DNA of 64,000 nt from an uncultured Solirubrobacterales bacterium (GTDB lineage: Bacteria > Actinomycetota > Thermoleophilia > Solirubrobacterales > 70-9): positions 15,660 to 79,659 of the forward strand of contig CAVXQO010000025.1 of NCBI GenBank assembly GCA_963763985.1. The letters are read 5' to 3'. Numbering within the stretch: the first letter of the stretch is position 1; each line of letters opens with the position of its first letter. Positions 31,538 to 41,073 of the stretch are shown here, piece by piece. The position numbers were made by a program, and so were the translations under genes. Under the pieces are notes generated by a model that saw only the letters and a program-made list of their open reading frames with translations, was not told the DNA's origin and ran no database searches.

Positions 31538-33380
31538 TCAGGAGGCCGGAACCGCGCCTGACCGGCCGAGCACGCGCCCCTTCGAGTCGAGGGCGCGAAC
31601 GGCGAACATCGTCGCGGTGCTGCTCAGGTCGACGCGGGTCTCGAAGGAGCCCTTGCGGACCGTCGCGACCGGCTTGAGCGCGCCGGCGTTCGGGCCGGCG
31701 AGGATCCGCCACTTGGCGACCTTGGTCGCCCCGTTCCAGCTCGCGAAGACTGAGACCGCCGACGGGCCGCTGCGCTGCGCCGCGACGGCCGGGCGTGTGC
31801 TCGGCGTCGCCGTCCAGGGGAAGCGATACATCCGGTAGCTGCCGTCGTCCACGGGCAGGCTCGCGTCGAAGAGCAGCCTTCCGCGCTGGGAGAACTCCGA
31901 GAAGAAGGGCGTCGAGCCAAAGCCCACGAAGACGTTGCCGCCCGGGATCCTCTGCAGGCTGCCCTCGCTCTGAGCCGAAGTGTCGGCCGAGCGGGCGAAC
32001 TGCCTGACCAGCGTCGCCTTGTGCCGCTTGGCGTTGAGCTGGAGGATGAGCCCCCGGGAGAACGGATTCAGCTGCGGCGGCCCCGCCCCGTCATCGAACA
32101 TGCCGATCCGGCCGTTGCTCAGCATGTGCGCGTCGTGCTGGAAGTAGAACTGGGCGCCGGGGCCGAGCCGGAAGTTGCTCGCCTTGCCTCCCAGCGTCCA
32201 GAGGATCCGGCCGCCGGCCCGGTCGACCTTGTAGACCGCGGAGGTGTCGCGAGCCGAGATCAGCACCCGGCCGCGCGCCAGCGGCTGGATCGCGTTGATG
32301 TGGAAGGCGTCGTACGAGGCGCTGTTCTGCGGCGTCGCCTGGGAGGTCTCGAGCGGGATGTGGCCGTAGGAGTGCCACTCCCAGACGACCAGCCCGGTGC
32401 GAATGTCGACCTCCTGAACGATCGCGTCGAGCAGTGGCGAGAGGGTCCCCTCGGGGGTCCCCGGCAGGTGAACGCGGATCGGCGAGTAGACCGTGAAGAG
32501 GGCGTCCCCCTCCTTGGTGAGCTGGAACTCGTGCAGGTCCATGGGGTACCCGTTGCCCGCGTGTACGACCTTGATCACCCGATAGGAGTGGTCGGCGATC
32601 ACGCCACCGCCGACGCCGAAGGCAGACGGGTTGACGGTGCCCTGCCACCAGGTCAGCACCTTGCGCCCCCTGTAGTTCTGGAGCCGTAGGTTGGCCGCGA
32701 CCTCAGGTCGCGTCAGCTGCCTGAACCAGACCAGGTTGCCGGCGCCGTCCACGATCATCGGCCCGCCGGGGCCGACGGGCTTGATCGTCACCGTGTTGTT
32801 GCTCTCGGGATGGACGCCAGGCGACGGCAGCGGGGCGAGCAGGACGTCGCCATGGCCGCGCGCCTTCTTGGAGGTCTTGTTGACCGTGATCTTCGGTGGC
32901 GTGAGACCCGGCTCGGTGACGAAGTGGTCGAGCTTGTCGGGCTGCGTGGAGTTCAGGTTGAGCGGCGCCTGGGATCGTGCCCAGCGTGGCGACTGTGAAC
33001 CCGTAGTCGATCGGCTTGCGGCCCCGGATCCGGATCGCGACGGAGACCGACTCGCCCTGGGCCAGGGGCTGGTCGAGGACGAAGCTCGCGCCGCGGTGTC
33101 CCGAATAGGCGAGCAGCCGCCCGGTGTGCGGGCCGGTCGACTGACCCGTGACGCTGACCCCGCGGATCGAGCGCCTCGGCACGCCGAGCACGCTGATCTG
33201 GGTCCCCGGAGAGGCGTCCGGCGTGTTCGGCGCGGGTGAGATCGCCAGCTTGCCGCCCGAAGGGGCCGCGAGCGCCCCGGCGGGGCTCCCGAGCGCCAGC
33301 GCGACCCCGATCGCGGCCACGGCAAGGGGCAGGCCGGGTCGCCTGGCCGCCGACACGACGTTCAGATCTCCTTCTCCCAC
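31538..33380 (-). CDS. Secreted arylsulfotransferase (ASST)-family beta-propeller protein; frame broken once near 32960
   Basis: The signal peptide lies in ORF 32703..33380. The body in ORF 31538..33325 has ASST-like segments (YDAFHINAIQP, FYFQHDAHML). Confidence 0.7.
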
Positions 33381-33494
33381 CGAAATCCATCCTATGGGGG
33401 AAGGGGGACGCGGGAGGGCAGAGAGTTATCCGGGTGCGATCACACCCAGTATTCGCGGCGGCACGCTAACACGGGCCCTCGAGGGCCCGGTCGG

Positions 33495-34147
33495 TCAGTG
33501 CGGCTGCGGCACGATCCGGATGTAGGGCTTCGGCGACTCCCAGCCGTCCGGATAGGTCTCCTTGGCCTCCTCGTCGGAGACCGAGCCGGCGATGATCACG
33601 TCCTCGCCCTGCTTCCAGTTGACCGGCGTCGCGACCTTGTGCTTCGCGGTGAGCTGCAGCGAGTCGATCACCCGCAGCACCTCGTCGAAGTTCCGGCCCG
33701 TGGTCATCGGGTAGGCCAGGATCAGCTTGACCTTCTTGTCCGGGCCGATCACCACCACGTTCCGCACCGTCTGGTTGTCCGCGGGAGTGCGGTCGGCAGG
33801 GTCGCCCTCGACCTCGCCGGCAGCATGTCGTAGAGCTTGGAGACCTTGTAGTCCGAGTCGGCGATGATCGGATAGTTGGGCGCCGTGCCCTGGGTCTCCT
33901 CGATGTCCTTGGCCCACTCCTTGTGCTTGTCGGACGGGTCTACGGAGAGGCCGATGATCTTCACGCCCCGCTTGTCGAACTCGGGCTTCGCGTTCGCCAT
34001 GTAGCCGAGCTCGGTCGTGCAGACCGGCGTGAAGTCCTTGGGGTGTGAGAACAGGACGGCCCAGCCGTCGCCGATCCAGTCGTGGAACTTGATCTTGCCC
34101 TCGGTGGTCTCTGCCTCGAAGTCGGGTGCTTCGTCTCCAATCCTCAT
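33495..34147 (-). CDS. 1-Cys peroxiredoxin (Prx6-type); frame broken once near 33810
   Basis: WAVLFSHPKDFTPVCTTELG (peroxidatic Cys), then ..VIGPDKKVKLILAYPMTTGRNFDEVLRVIDSLQ in a second frame. Confidence 0.85.
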
Positions 34148-34227
34148 CTAGCCATCTCCTCGTCTCTAAGTCAGTCAGCCCTTTGACCCCGCCCTGCATG
34201 CAGCCTAATTGGTTCGTCCCGGAACCA

Positions 34228-34256
34228 CCAAGGGCCCCCGTTATGAGGGCCCTTGG
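34228..34256. terminator. GC-rich hairpin CCAAGGGCCC-N9-GGGCCCTTGG
   Basis: Perfect 10-bp arms read directly from the sequence. It sits between the DUF1365 and peroxiredoxin genes. The same arm sequence recurs at 46399 and 54117. Confidence 0.5.
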
Positions 34257-35031
34257 TTAGCCACCGAGCGGCGACGTGCCCTCGTCCGCGGGTGCTGGTG
34301 GTACGGCGCACCTCGCAGCCTCAGGCGCAGCGCGTTCGCGTAAATGCGCCCCAGCGTGGCGAGGGTCATCGGCGGATAGCGAAGGAGCATCCCGACCATC
34401 GCCCCTCCGCTGAGCTTTCGCCGCTTCAACGACATGGTCGCGTTGTGTACCGACCGACCCCCCTCGAGGTTCGTGATCCCCACACGAAGCTCCTCTCCCG
34501 GTTCGCCCACCGAGATCTCGTAGCGCTGCTTCATAGGCTGGAACGGGGAGACGTGCATTGCCTTCTCGAAGGTCCCGGTCAGAAAGCGGCTCGGATCTCG
34601 GGGGCGGCGCTCCAGGACGTAGGCGGTGCGCTCACCCCACGGCGTGCTGGTGACCTCGGCGATCACGGCCTCGACCGCGGCCCCGTCCTCGCCATAGAGG
34701 AAGAAGAACGAGACCGGATTGAAGCCGACCCCCAGATACCGCGGGTTGCCGAGCAGCCTGACCGGGCCCACGGGTCGGCGCCCCACCCGCTCTTCAACCA
34801 GGTCGCGTGCTCCCTCGGCGAGTTCGGAGGAGAGCCCCCACCGAGGTAGTCATCGCACCGAAAACGCGCGGGCGCCGGCCGACGGGCCGACCAGAGCGGG
34901 ATCGGATCGAGCAGCTCCGGCAGCTCGCCGAGGTCGAACAGGGGCATGAAGACCCGGTAGCGGAACCCGTGCCGCACGGGACCCAGCCGGCGGTGCCCCA
35001 CCCAGCCCTCGTAGACGGCCGAGGCGCTCAT
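34241..35031 (-). CDS. DUF1365-family protein (UfaO-like); frame broken once
   Basis: MSASAVYEGWVGHRRLGPVRHGFRYRVFMPLFDL, then LLGNPRYLGVGFNPVSFFFLY. Its ATG overlaps the upstream stop as ATGA. Confidence 0.8.
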
Positions 35032-36374
35032 GCCACCTCCGCCAGCTCGGGCGCAGGAGGTTCGGAGGCCGGCACCTCTGCGGGCTCCCCCGGCCGCCGC
35101 AGGAGATTGCGGCCACCCAGAGTGTGTGAGACCCGCAGCGCCGACCAGACCCCGTCCTCGTGGAAGCCCCAGCGCCAGTAGGCGCCGCAGTAGTGCGTGC
35201 GCCCATGGCCCGAGATCTCGCCCCAGGCGCGCTGGGCCTCGACGCCCTCGGGCGTGAAGACCGGATGCGCGTAGTCGATCACCCTGATCACCGCATCGGG
35301 GTCGATCGCCTCCGTGCGATTCAGTGTCACCAGCAGGTCGCAGTCGGCGCCCAGCGACTGCAGGCGGTTCATGTCGTAGGTGACCGTCGTGCGGCCCGAC
35401 GGGTCCCCGGTGAGGTGGTAGTTCCAGCTTGCCCACGCGGAGCGGCGTCGCGGCATCACGCCCGAATCGGTGTGGAGCACGGCCTCGTTTCGCTGATACG
35501 GAATGGCGCCGAGCACTCGCCGCTCATCGGGGCTCGGATCGGCGAGCATCCTCAGTGCCTGATCGGAGTGCGTCGCGATCACCACCTCGTCGAAGCTGAG
35601 GTCGGCGTCGTCCAGCCGGAGGCTCACCGAGCCCGGGTGCCGGACGATGCTCCGCACGGGCGAGCGCAGGTGCACGCGATGGAGGAACGGGGCGATCAGC
35701 GCCTCGACGTAGCGGCGCGACCCGCCCGGAATCGTGCGCCACGACGGGCGCCCCCTGAGCTGGAGGACGCCGTGGTTCTCGAAGAACTGCGCCAGGAAGG
35801 CAGCCGGGAAGCTCCACAGCTGGTCCGGGTCGGCGGACCAGACGGCCGATGCCTGGGGGACGAGCAGGCGCTCGATGAAGTACTCCGAGTAATCGCCGTC
35901 GGCCAGAAACCGCCGTAGCGATGGGCCGCCCCCGCCGCTGTCCCGGTCCGCCAGAGCCCGCGCCTCGCGATTGAAGCGGAGCAGGTCGAGCAGCATCCGG
36001 TGGAATCGTCGGTCGAGGGCGTGCCCGGGCCGTGCGAACAGCGCCCGGGGGCTTCGCGTCGCCCACTCGAAGCCCCCCCGTCCGTCGGAGACCGAGAAGC
36101 TCATCTTGGCCGGCTGGGAGGCGATTCCTAGCTCTCCGAGCATGCGCTGGAAGTTGGGGTAGTTGCGGTCGTTGAAGACGATGAACCCGGTATCCACGGC
36201 CCAGCGGCCCCCAGGTGTCTCGACGTCGATCGTGTTGGTGTGGCCGCCCGCGTAGGGGCCGGCCTCGAAGACGTGGACGTCGTGACCGGCCCGCCGAAGC
36301 TCCGCCGCGGCGACGAGCCCGGAGACCCCACCTCCGACGACCGCTAAGCGTCTTCGCCCTCCCAGAGGGGTCAT
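35028..36374 (-). CDS. NAD(P)/FAD-dependent oxidoreductase (amine-oxidase/desaturase fold, UfaD-like)
   Basis: LAVVGGGVSGLVAAAEL dinucleotide-binding fold. Intact ORF with an ATGA overlap at both ends. Confidence 0.85.
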   Translation of the reverse strand: MTPLGGRRRLAVVGGGVSGLVAAAELRRAGHDVHVFEAGPYAGGHTNTIDVETPGGRWAVDTGFIVFNDRNYPNFQRMLGELGIASQPAKMSFSVSDGRGGFEWATRSPRALFARPGHALDRRFHRMLLDLLRFNREARALADRDSGGGGPSLRRFLADGDYSEYFIERLLVPQASAVWSADPDQLWSFPAAFLAQFFENHGVLQLRGRPSWRTIPGGSRRYVEALIAPFLHRVHLRSPVRSIVRHPGSVSLRLDDADLSFDEVVIATHSDQALRMLADPSPDERRVLGAIPYQRNEAVLHTDSGVMPRRRSAWASWNYHLTGDPSGRTTVTYDMNRLQSLGADCDLLVTLNRTEAIDPDAVIRVIDYAHPVFTPEGVEAQRAWGEISGHGRTHYCGAYWRWGFHEDGVWSALRVSHTLGGRNLLRRPGEPAEVPASEPPAPELAEVA

Positions 36375-36829
36375 CGAAGCGCTCCTTCCATCGCGGCCGA
36401 TACGGCGAGGCGCTCGCACAGGCCCCGCTCGGCGCGCCGCCCGAGGCGTCCGAAAGCGGATTGAAGGGGCAGCTCGAGCAGCCGCCGGGCGCCCTTGAGC
36501 CGCAGGAAGGCGTCCCAGGTGACGCTGGAGCCCTCGGGCACCGAGAGGACCACGGCCTCGTCGAGGATCGAGAGAGCCGCGGTCTCCGCCCGGAAGGCAA
36601 TCCGATGGAATGGCTCAGAGACGACCGTCTCGTAGGGCAGGGTCACGGTGCGACCGAGGAAGCCGACATCAAGCTCATAGCGCGTCCCCACCGCGCCGGG
36701 CTCACCTTCGATCAGGCGGACCCCCAAGACGCTCGGGTCCCATTCGCCTATGGCGCGCAGATCGGCGAGGTAGCGCCAGACCGCGTCCTGAGATTGCGGG
36801 GTGCTGATTGTTGCGGTGAAGCGGGCCAT
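36371..36829 (-). CDS. SRPBCC (polyketide cyclase/START-like) family protein
   Basis: MARFTATISTPQSQDAVWRYLADLRAIGEWDP has the typical SRPBCC N-terminal pattern. Confidence 0.65.
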   Translation of the reverse strand: MARFTATISTPQSQDAVWRYLADLRAIGEWDPSVLGVRLIEGEPGAVGTRYELDVGFLGRTVTLPYETVVSEPFHRIAFRAETAALSILDEAVVLSVPEGSSVTWDAFLRLKGARRLLELPLQSAFGRLGRRAERGLCERLAVSAAMEGALR

Positions 36830-36860
36830 GCGAGATTCCTTTCTCTTGCTCGTTTCCAGA

Positions 36861-37871
36861 TCAGGCGGCGGTCGCCATCGGCGGCGCGCGCCGGGGTAGC
36901 GCGGAGAGTCGTTCGCACTCGGCCCAGAGCCGGCTGCGCTCCTCCGCGCTTTCGCGTGTCCAGGGAAGTCGGTGTGCGGCGCGCGGCATCCGGTCGTGCC
37001 AGAAGCCCCCGCTCTGCGGTTGCGGCGCCGGTGCCGTGGCCAGCCAGACGATCGTGTCGGCTCCCTGTCTGGCATCCCGCAGCAGCGGGCGCAACATCCG
37101 CTCGAAGCGGGGCAGCGAGGAACGAAGGCCGGCGGTCGCCACCCAGCCCGGGTGCATCGCGCTGAAGGCGATCCCGTCGGCGGTGTGGTGATCCGACCAG
37201 AGGCGGTTGAGGATCACCTGGACTCGCTTGGTATGGGCATAGACGCGGGGACCATCGAACGGCCGCCGCTCGAGCTGGAGGTCGTCGGCCTGAAGCCGCG
37301 CCGTGTACATCCCGCCGGAGGAAACGGTGATCACGCGCGACGGGGCGGCAGCGGTCAGGGCCGGGAGCAGGAGCCCTGTGAGCAGGAACGGACCGAGAAC
37401 GTTGGTGGCGAAGGTCAGCTCTACGCCGTCGCCGGTGCGCTCCAGCGACCGGGCGAGCACCCCGGCGTTGTTGACGAGCACATCGAGGCGATCGGAGCGC
37501 GCCAGGAAGGATTCGGCGAAGCGGCGCACGTCGGCGAGGTCAGAGAGATCGCAGACCTCCGGCACGAGACGCTTCCCGGCACCCGTCAGGCGGGACCCGA
37601 TGCGAAACGCCGCTGCGGCGACACGCCGCTCGTCGCGGCCGAGCAGGTGGACCGTGGCGCCGGCGGCGAGCAGTCCCTCGCAGACGGACTCGCCGATCCC
37701 CGAGCTGCCCCCCGTCACCAGCGCTGTCCTCCCCCAGAGGTCGCCCGCGATCGCGTCCTCCCAGCGCAGCCCGCGCAGGTCGTAGCCGAGGCGGGAGTAC
37801 CCGGGAAGCACGGTCAGATCCAGCGCCCGATCCGCCGCTCGTCGAGGTATTGTCAAGTGTTTGTCCAACAT
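36861..37871 (-). CDS. SDR family oxidoreductase
   Basis: ALVTGGSSGIGES (TGxxxGIG) and YAHTKRV (YxxxK). Intact 336-aa ORF. Confidence 0.85.
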   Translation of the reverse strand: MLDKHLTIPRRAADRALDLTVLPGYSRLGYDLRGLRWEDAIAGDLWGRTALVTGGSSGIGESVCEGLLAAGATVHLLGRDERRVAAAAFRIGSRLTGAGKRLVPEVCDLSDLADVRRFAESFLARSDRLDVLVNNAGVLARSLERTGDGVELTFATNVLGPFLLTGLLLPALTAAAPSRVITVSSGGMYTARLQADDLQLERRPFDGPRVYAHTKRVQVILNRLWSDHHTADGIAFSAMHPGWVATAGLRSSLPRFERMLRPLLRDARQGADTIVWLATAPAPQPQSGGFWHDRMPRAAHRLPWTRESAEERSRLWAECERLSALPRRAPPMATAA

Positions 37872-37936
37872 CTGAAGGCTAGCTTATAGCACCTTTGTGC
37901 TGTAATGTCCAGGGTCCGTCCAATGTCTGTTCGAAC
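37872..37936. promoter_or_regulatory. Divergent promoter/operator region between the SDR operon and the MerR-B12 regulator
   Basis: An AT-richer 65 nt with the palindrome AGCAC-CTTT-GTGCT (37887-37900). It also has TGTCCA/CGTCCA repeats at 37863, 37906 and 37917; the last two are 11 bp apart. Confidence 0.3.
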
Positions 37937-38845
37937 ATGACCCCCGACTCCGAGAACGTCCCCCGCCTGCGAATCGGCGAGCTCAGCCGGCGAACCGGCG
38001 TCCGCGCCGACACGCTGCGGGCCTGGGAGCGGCGGTACGAACTGCTGAGTCCCGAGCGCAGCGAGGGCGGCTTCCGCCTCTACGGGCGCGACGACGAGAG
38101 CCGGGTCAGGGCGATGAAGGCGCTGATCGACTCGGGCGTCTCGGCGTCGGAGGCGGCGCGCCTCGCCGTCTCGTCCGCGGCCGCCACTGTCCTCTCCCCC
38201 GCCGACGGCGGCCCGCCACCGAAATCCGATGGCGTGCCGGCGTCCCAGCAGGCCGAGCGGCTGCGCTCGGCGCTCGAGCGATTCGACGAGGCCGAGGCCA
38301 ATGCCGTGCTGGACGAGGCGCTGGCTCATCTCACCGTCGAGGCGGTCGCCGATCGGATCGTCCTGCCCGCGACGCGGCGAATCGGCGAGCGTTGGGAGAG
38401 CGGTGACGTGACGGTGGCCCAGGAGCACTTCGCGACGGGAATCCTGCGCGGCCGCATGCTCTCCCTGGCTCGCAACTGGGGCGCGGGAGCGGGCCCGATG
38501 GCGCTGCTCGCCTGCCCTCCCGGCGAGCATCACGATCTGGGGCTTGTCGTCTTCGGCGTCGTCCTGCACGCCCGCGGCTGGAGGGTCACGTACCTGGGAC
38601 CCAACACCCCGATCGAAACGATCGCCGAGGCCGCCGCCGAGCTCCATCCGGACGCGATCGTGCTGGCGGCCCTCGCGCGCGAGCCGCTCGAGGCCGAGGC
38701 AGACCGGATCTCGAGCCTGGCGGCAGGCTGGAGGCTGCTGATCGCGGGGGCGGGCGCCAGCCCGAATCTCGCTGACCGCCTCGGGGGTGAGCTGCTCGAT
38801 CAGGATCCGGTGGCCGCCACCCGAGAGCTCACCGGACCACGCTGA
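37937..38845 (+). CDS. MerR-family regulator with C-terminal cobalamin-binding domain (CarH/LitR-like photoreceptor-type)
   Basis: N-terminal HTH RIGELSRRTGVRADTLRAWERRY; WESGDVTVAQEH (Wx9EH); PGEHHDLG (ExHxxG lower-ligand motif). Confidence 0.85.
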   Translation: MTPDSENVPRLRIGELSRRTGVRADTLRAWERRYELLSPERSEGGFRLYGRDDESRVRAMKALIDSGVSASEAARLAVSSAAATVLSPADGGPPPKSDGVPASQQAERLRSALERFDEAEANAVLDEALAHLTVEAVADRIVLPATRRIGERWESGDVTVAQEHFATGILRGRMLSLARNWGAGAGPMALLACPPGEHHDLGLVVFGVVLHARGWRVTYLGPNTPIETIAEAAAELHPDAIVLAALAREPLEAEADRISSLAAGWRLLIAGAGASPNLADRLGGELLDQDPVAATRELTGPR

Positions 38846-39076
38846 GCAAGGCTGAGGGCGCCCTTCGGCGGCGAGGCTGATGCGCCGGGCCGCGGACGGA
38901 CGGCGCTGGTGACCTGGTTCGCGCGGCGGTTGGGCCGGAGGGAGCCATTGCGCTGTTCGCGCGCGGAACCCGGGTTGCGCTGCTCTGCTTCGGCCCTCCG
39001 ATCCAGGAGCTTACGGAGGCGTCCAGATCTCCGCCACCGTCTCCAAGGCCATCCCCGATGCCTTCGAGAAGCAGAA

Positions 39077-39096
39077 AGCCCTCCCGGAGGAGGGCT
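39077..39096. terminator. Hairpin AGCCCTCC-cgga-GGAGGGCT next to tRNA-fragment copy 1
   Basis: Perfect 8-bp arms with a 4-nt loop. It lies 21 nt from the 3' end of the fragment (minus-strand sense). Confidence 0.45.
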
Positions 39097-39117
39097 CGCT
39101 GGTGGTACTGAGAGACA

Positions 39118-39159
39118 TAGCGGGGGCGGGATTCGAACCCGCGATTTTCGGGTTATGAG
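39118..39159 (-). repeat. tRNA-fMet 3'-half fragment, copy 1 (2 mismatches)
   Basis: The reverse complement reads CTCATAACCCGAAAATCGCGGGTTCGAATCCCGCCCCCGCTA. There is no D-arm or 5' acceptor strand upstream. Confidence 0.8.
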
Positions 39160-39256
39160 ATGCCTCTGGGCCGTTTCCTCCGGCGCCCTCAGGCGAGGCT
39201 ATGCAACGTGAGACGAGCTGAGATCAGTTGAGTTTCGGACCCCTCGGGTTCAGGCC

Positions 39257-39475
39257 TCAAGAACTGCCCGCGTCGTACTTGAACGAGACCCCGAGCCGGA
39301 TGCGGAACTCGGAGACCTTTCCGCTGTCGATCGTCACGTCCTGGCGAACGACCTCGGCGATCCGCAGGTCGCGCACAGTCTCGCTGACCTTCTCAACGGC
39401 GTTCTTCGTCGCCTGCTCCCACGAATCGGAGCTGACGCCGACCACTTCGGTGACTCGATAGACGCTGTCTGCCAT
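39257..39475 (-). CDS. Dodecin-family flavin-binding protein
   Basis: 72-aa ORF: VYRVTEVVGVSSDSWEQATKNAVEKVSETVRDLRIAEVV..FRIRLGVSFKY. Confidence 0.8.
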   Translation of the reverse strand: MADSVYRVTEVVGVSSDSWEQATKNAVEKVSETVRDLRIAEVVRQDVTIDSGKVSEFRIRLGVSFKYDAGSS

Positions 39476-39548
39476 TTCTCTCCTTTGGTAGGGCTGCGTC
39501 AGACAGCCTCACACTTCCGGCCGCCTTCATGCTGCCCGAGGGACTCGT

Positions 39549-40730
39549 CTAGCCGAGCCTCAACTTGACCTTCCGGCCCGGCGTCCGCACGGTGCCGGGC
39601 TTCAGGCTCTGATTCGTGACCGTCTTGCCGTTGCCCCTGATCCTTCCGAGGCGGCAATGTGAATGCCTCAGACGGCGCGCGGCGGCCTTGCGGCGGATGC
39701 CCTTCAGCTCGGGCACGACGCAGGCGATGAATCTGGCGGCGATGGTCGTCGGGGCGTTCATCGCAGCCGTGCAGGTCGGCATGCGGTCACACCCGGGCGC
39801 GGTCCAACCGGTGAACCGGGCAGGACTGAGCGCCGTCGCCGTGAGCGTCACGTCAGTGCCGTTGACGTAGTCCGCCCTGCAGCTCTTGCCGCACCTGATA
39901 CCGAGAGGTGCACTTGTCACGACACCCCGTCCGTTTCCCCGCTTGCCGACGGTCAGGGTGTGGCGTCCGAGGGCTTCGGCGGCGTTGACGACGAGCGCAC
40001 CGAAGTTGCCCCTCCAGGCGGACGAGCCGTAGTGGTCGCCGACATAGGCGTTGAGGCCCACGGCGCGGCCCTTGACGGCCACCGCCGGTGTGCCATCGGT
40101 CCATCTGGCGATCTCCCTGGCGCCCCCGGCCAGTGACACTGAGTCGCGGTAGTAGGCCGACAGGGGACTTCCCCCCTCATCGTCCTGGAAGCTCGGGATC
40201 CCGGACAGAAGGGGGCTGGCCGAGTCCTGCCAGCCCACGGTGTCGTACGCGAAGGCCGTGCTGGAGCCGACTGCGTAGGGCGAATAGCCGGCCGAAATCC
40301 AGCGGCCGAAGAGCCTGCCGCCCGCGCCCGCCCGCCAGTCAGCACCCGCTGCGACGACGACGCCTCCTCCGTCCTGGAAGTCGGCGAGGTTGTCGCCCAT
40401 CGCCACAGGTGCAAGCCAGCTGCAGTCTCCGATCGCCACGACTACGTCGTAGGAGCTGAGCTGCGCAACGCTGGCAGTCGCGGCGGCCCCGTCGAACAGC
40501 TGGACTGTGGCTCCTGACTTCCCGATGATCTGATCGCGCAAGGTGGCCGCCGGTGTGCTCGGGTTGCACAGCGCCTCGACGATCATGGCCCTCAGGGCGT
40601 TCGGGCTGGCTGGCGCCGGGGCAGGGCCGGCGAGGAACGCGATGCTCGCCGCCACGAGGACGAGCAAAGCCCGCGATACGCGGGTTGAGGCTCGCGCCCG
40701 CTGGTGACTCATAGCGTGGATTGTCACCAA
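39549..40730 (-). CDS. Secreted protein with InlB-B-repeat-like and C-terminal PASTA-like domains
   Basis: Signal peptide ..LVLVAASIAFLAGPAPAPA. Further motifs: LTVGKRGNGRGVVTSAP..GIRCG..C and CVVPELKGIRRKAAARRL..VTNQSLKPGT. Confidence 0.6.
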   Translation of the reverse strand: MVTIHAMSHQRARASTRVSRALLVLVAASIAFLAGPAPAPASPNALRAMIVEALCNPSTPAATLRDQIIGKSGATVQLFDGAAATASVAQLSSYDVVVAIGDCSWLAPVAMGDNLADFQDGGGVVVAAGADWRAGAGGRLFGRWISAGYSPYAVGSSTAFAYDTVGWQDSASPLLSGIPSFQDDEGGSPLSAYYRDSVSLAGGAREIARWTDGTPAVAVKGRAVGLNAYVGDHYGSSAWRGNFGALVVNAAEALGRHTLTVGKRGNGRGVVTSAPLGIRCGKSCRADYVNGTDVTLTATALSPARFTGWTAPGCDRMPTCTAAMNAPTTIAARFIACVVPELKGIRRKAAARRLRHSHCRLGRIRGNGKTVTNQSLKPGTVRTPGRKVKLRLG

Positions 40731-40757
40731 AGAGAAAGGGCCGCGTCAGCGGCCCGC

Positions 40758-40985
40758 TCAGTGATGGTTGGCGCCCTCATGCTTGGCGATGCATTTCTTG
40801 CGCTTCTTCTTGTTTTTGATCTGCCGGCACTTGTCGTCGGCTCGGGAGCTCGCCTTCGCGCCGACTCCATGGTTCGCCTGGCTGGCTGCGACCCCTGCGG
40901 GCGCCAGCGCTGAGCCGAGCACCGCCGCCGACAGCAGGGCGGCCGCCAGCCGCGAGATGCGTTTGCTGTGGATTCTGGTTTACAT
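40758..40985 (-). CDS. Candidate small Lys-rich secreted peptide; ATG is followed by an in-frame TAA
   Basis: GAGGAGG lies 9 nt upstream of ATG-TAA. The frame then reads TRIHSKRISRLAAALLSAAVLGSALAPAGVAASQANHG..CRQIKNKKKRKKCIAKHEGANHH-stop (hand translation). Confidence 0.3.
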
Positions 40986-41073
40986 GCCACGCATCCTCCT
41001 CGTCGCGGGTTAGGGCTTGGCCAAACAAGCGTTAGGCCTTCGAATGAGCGGAGTGCGTCAGGCTGAACGCCCG

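Noticed and set aside
37901-37935. Strict CarH operator (three tandem nAnnTnnACAnn 11-mers)
   Set aside because: AC(A/G) triplets do recur at 11-nt spacing on the reverse strand, but the A and T positions of the consensus do not line up. It is kept only as a low-confidence regulatory region.
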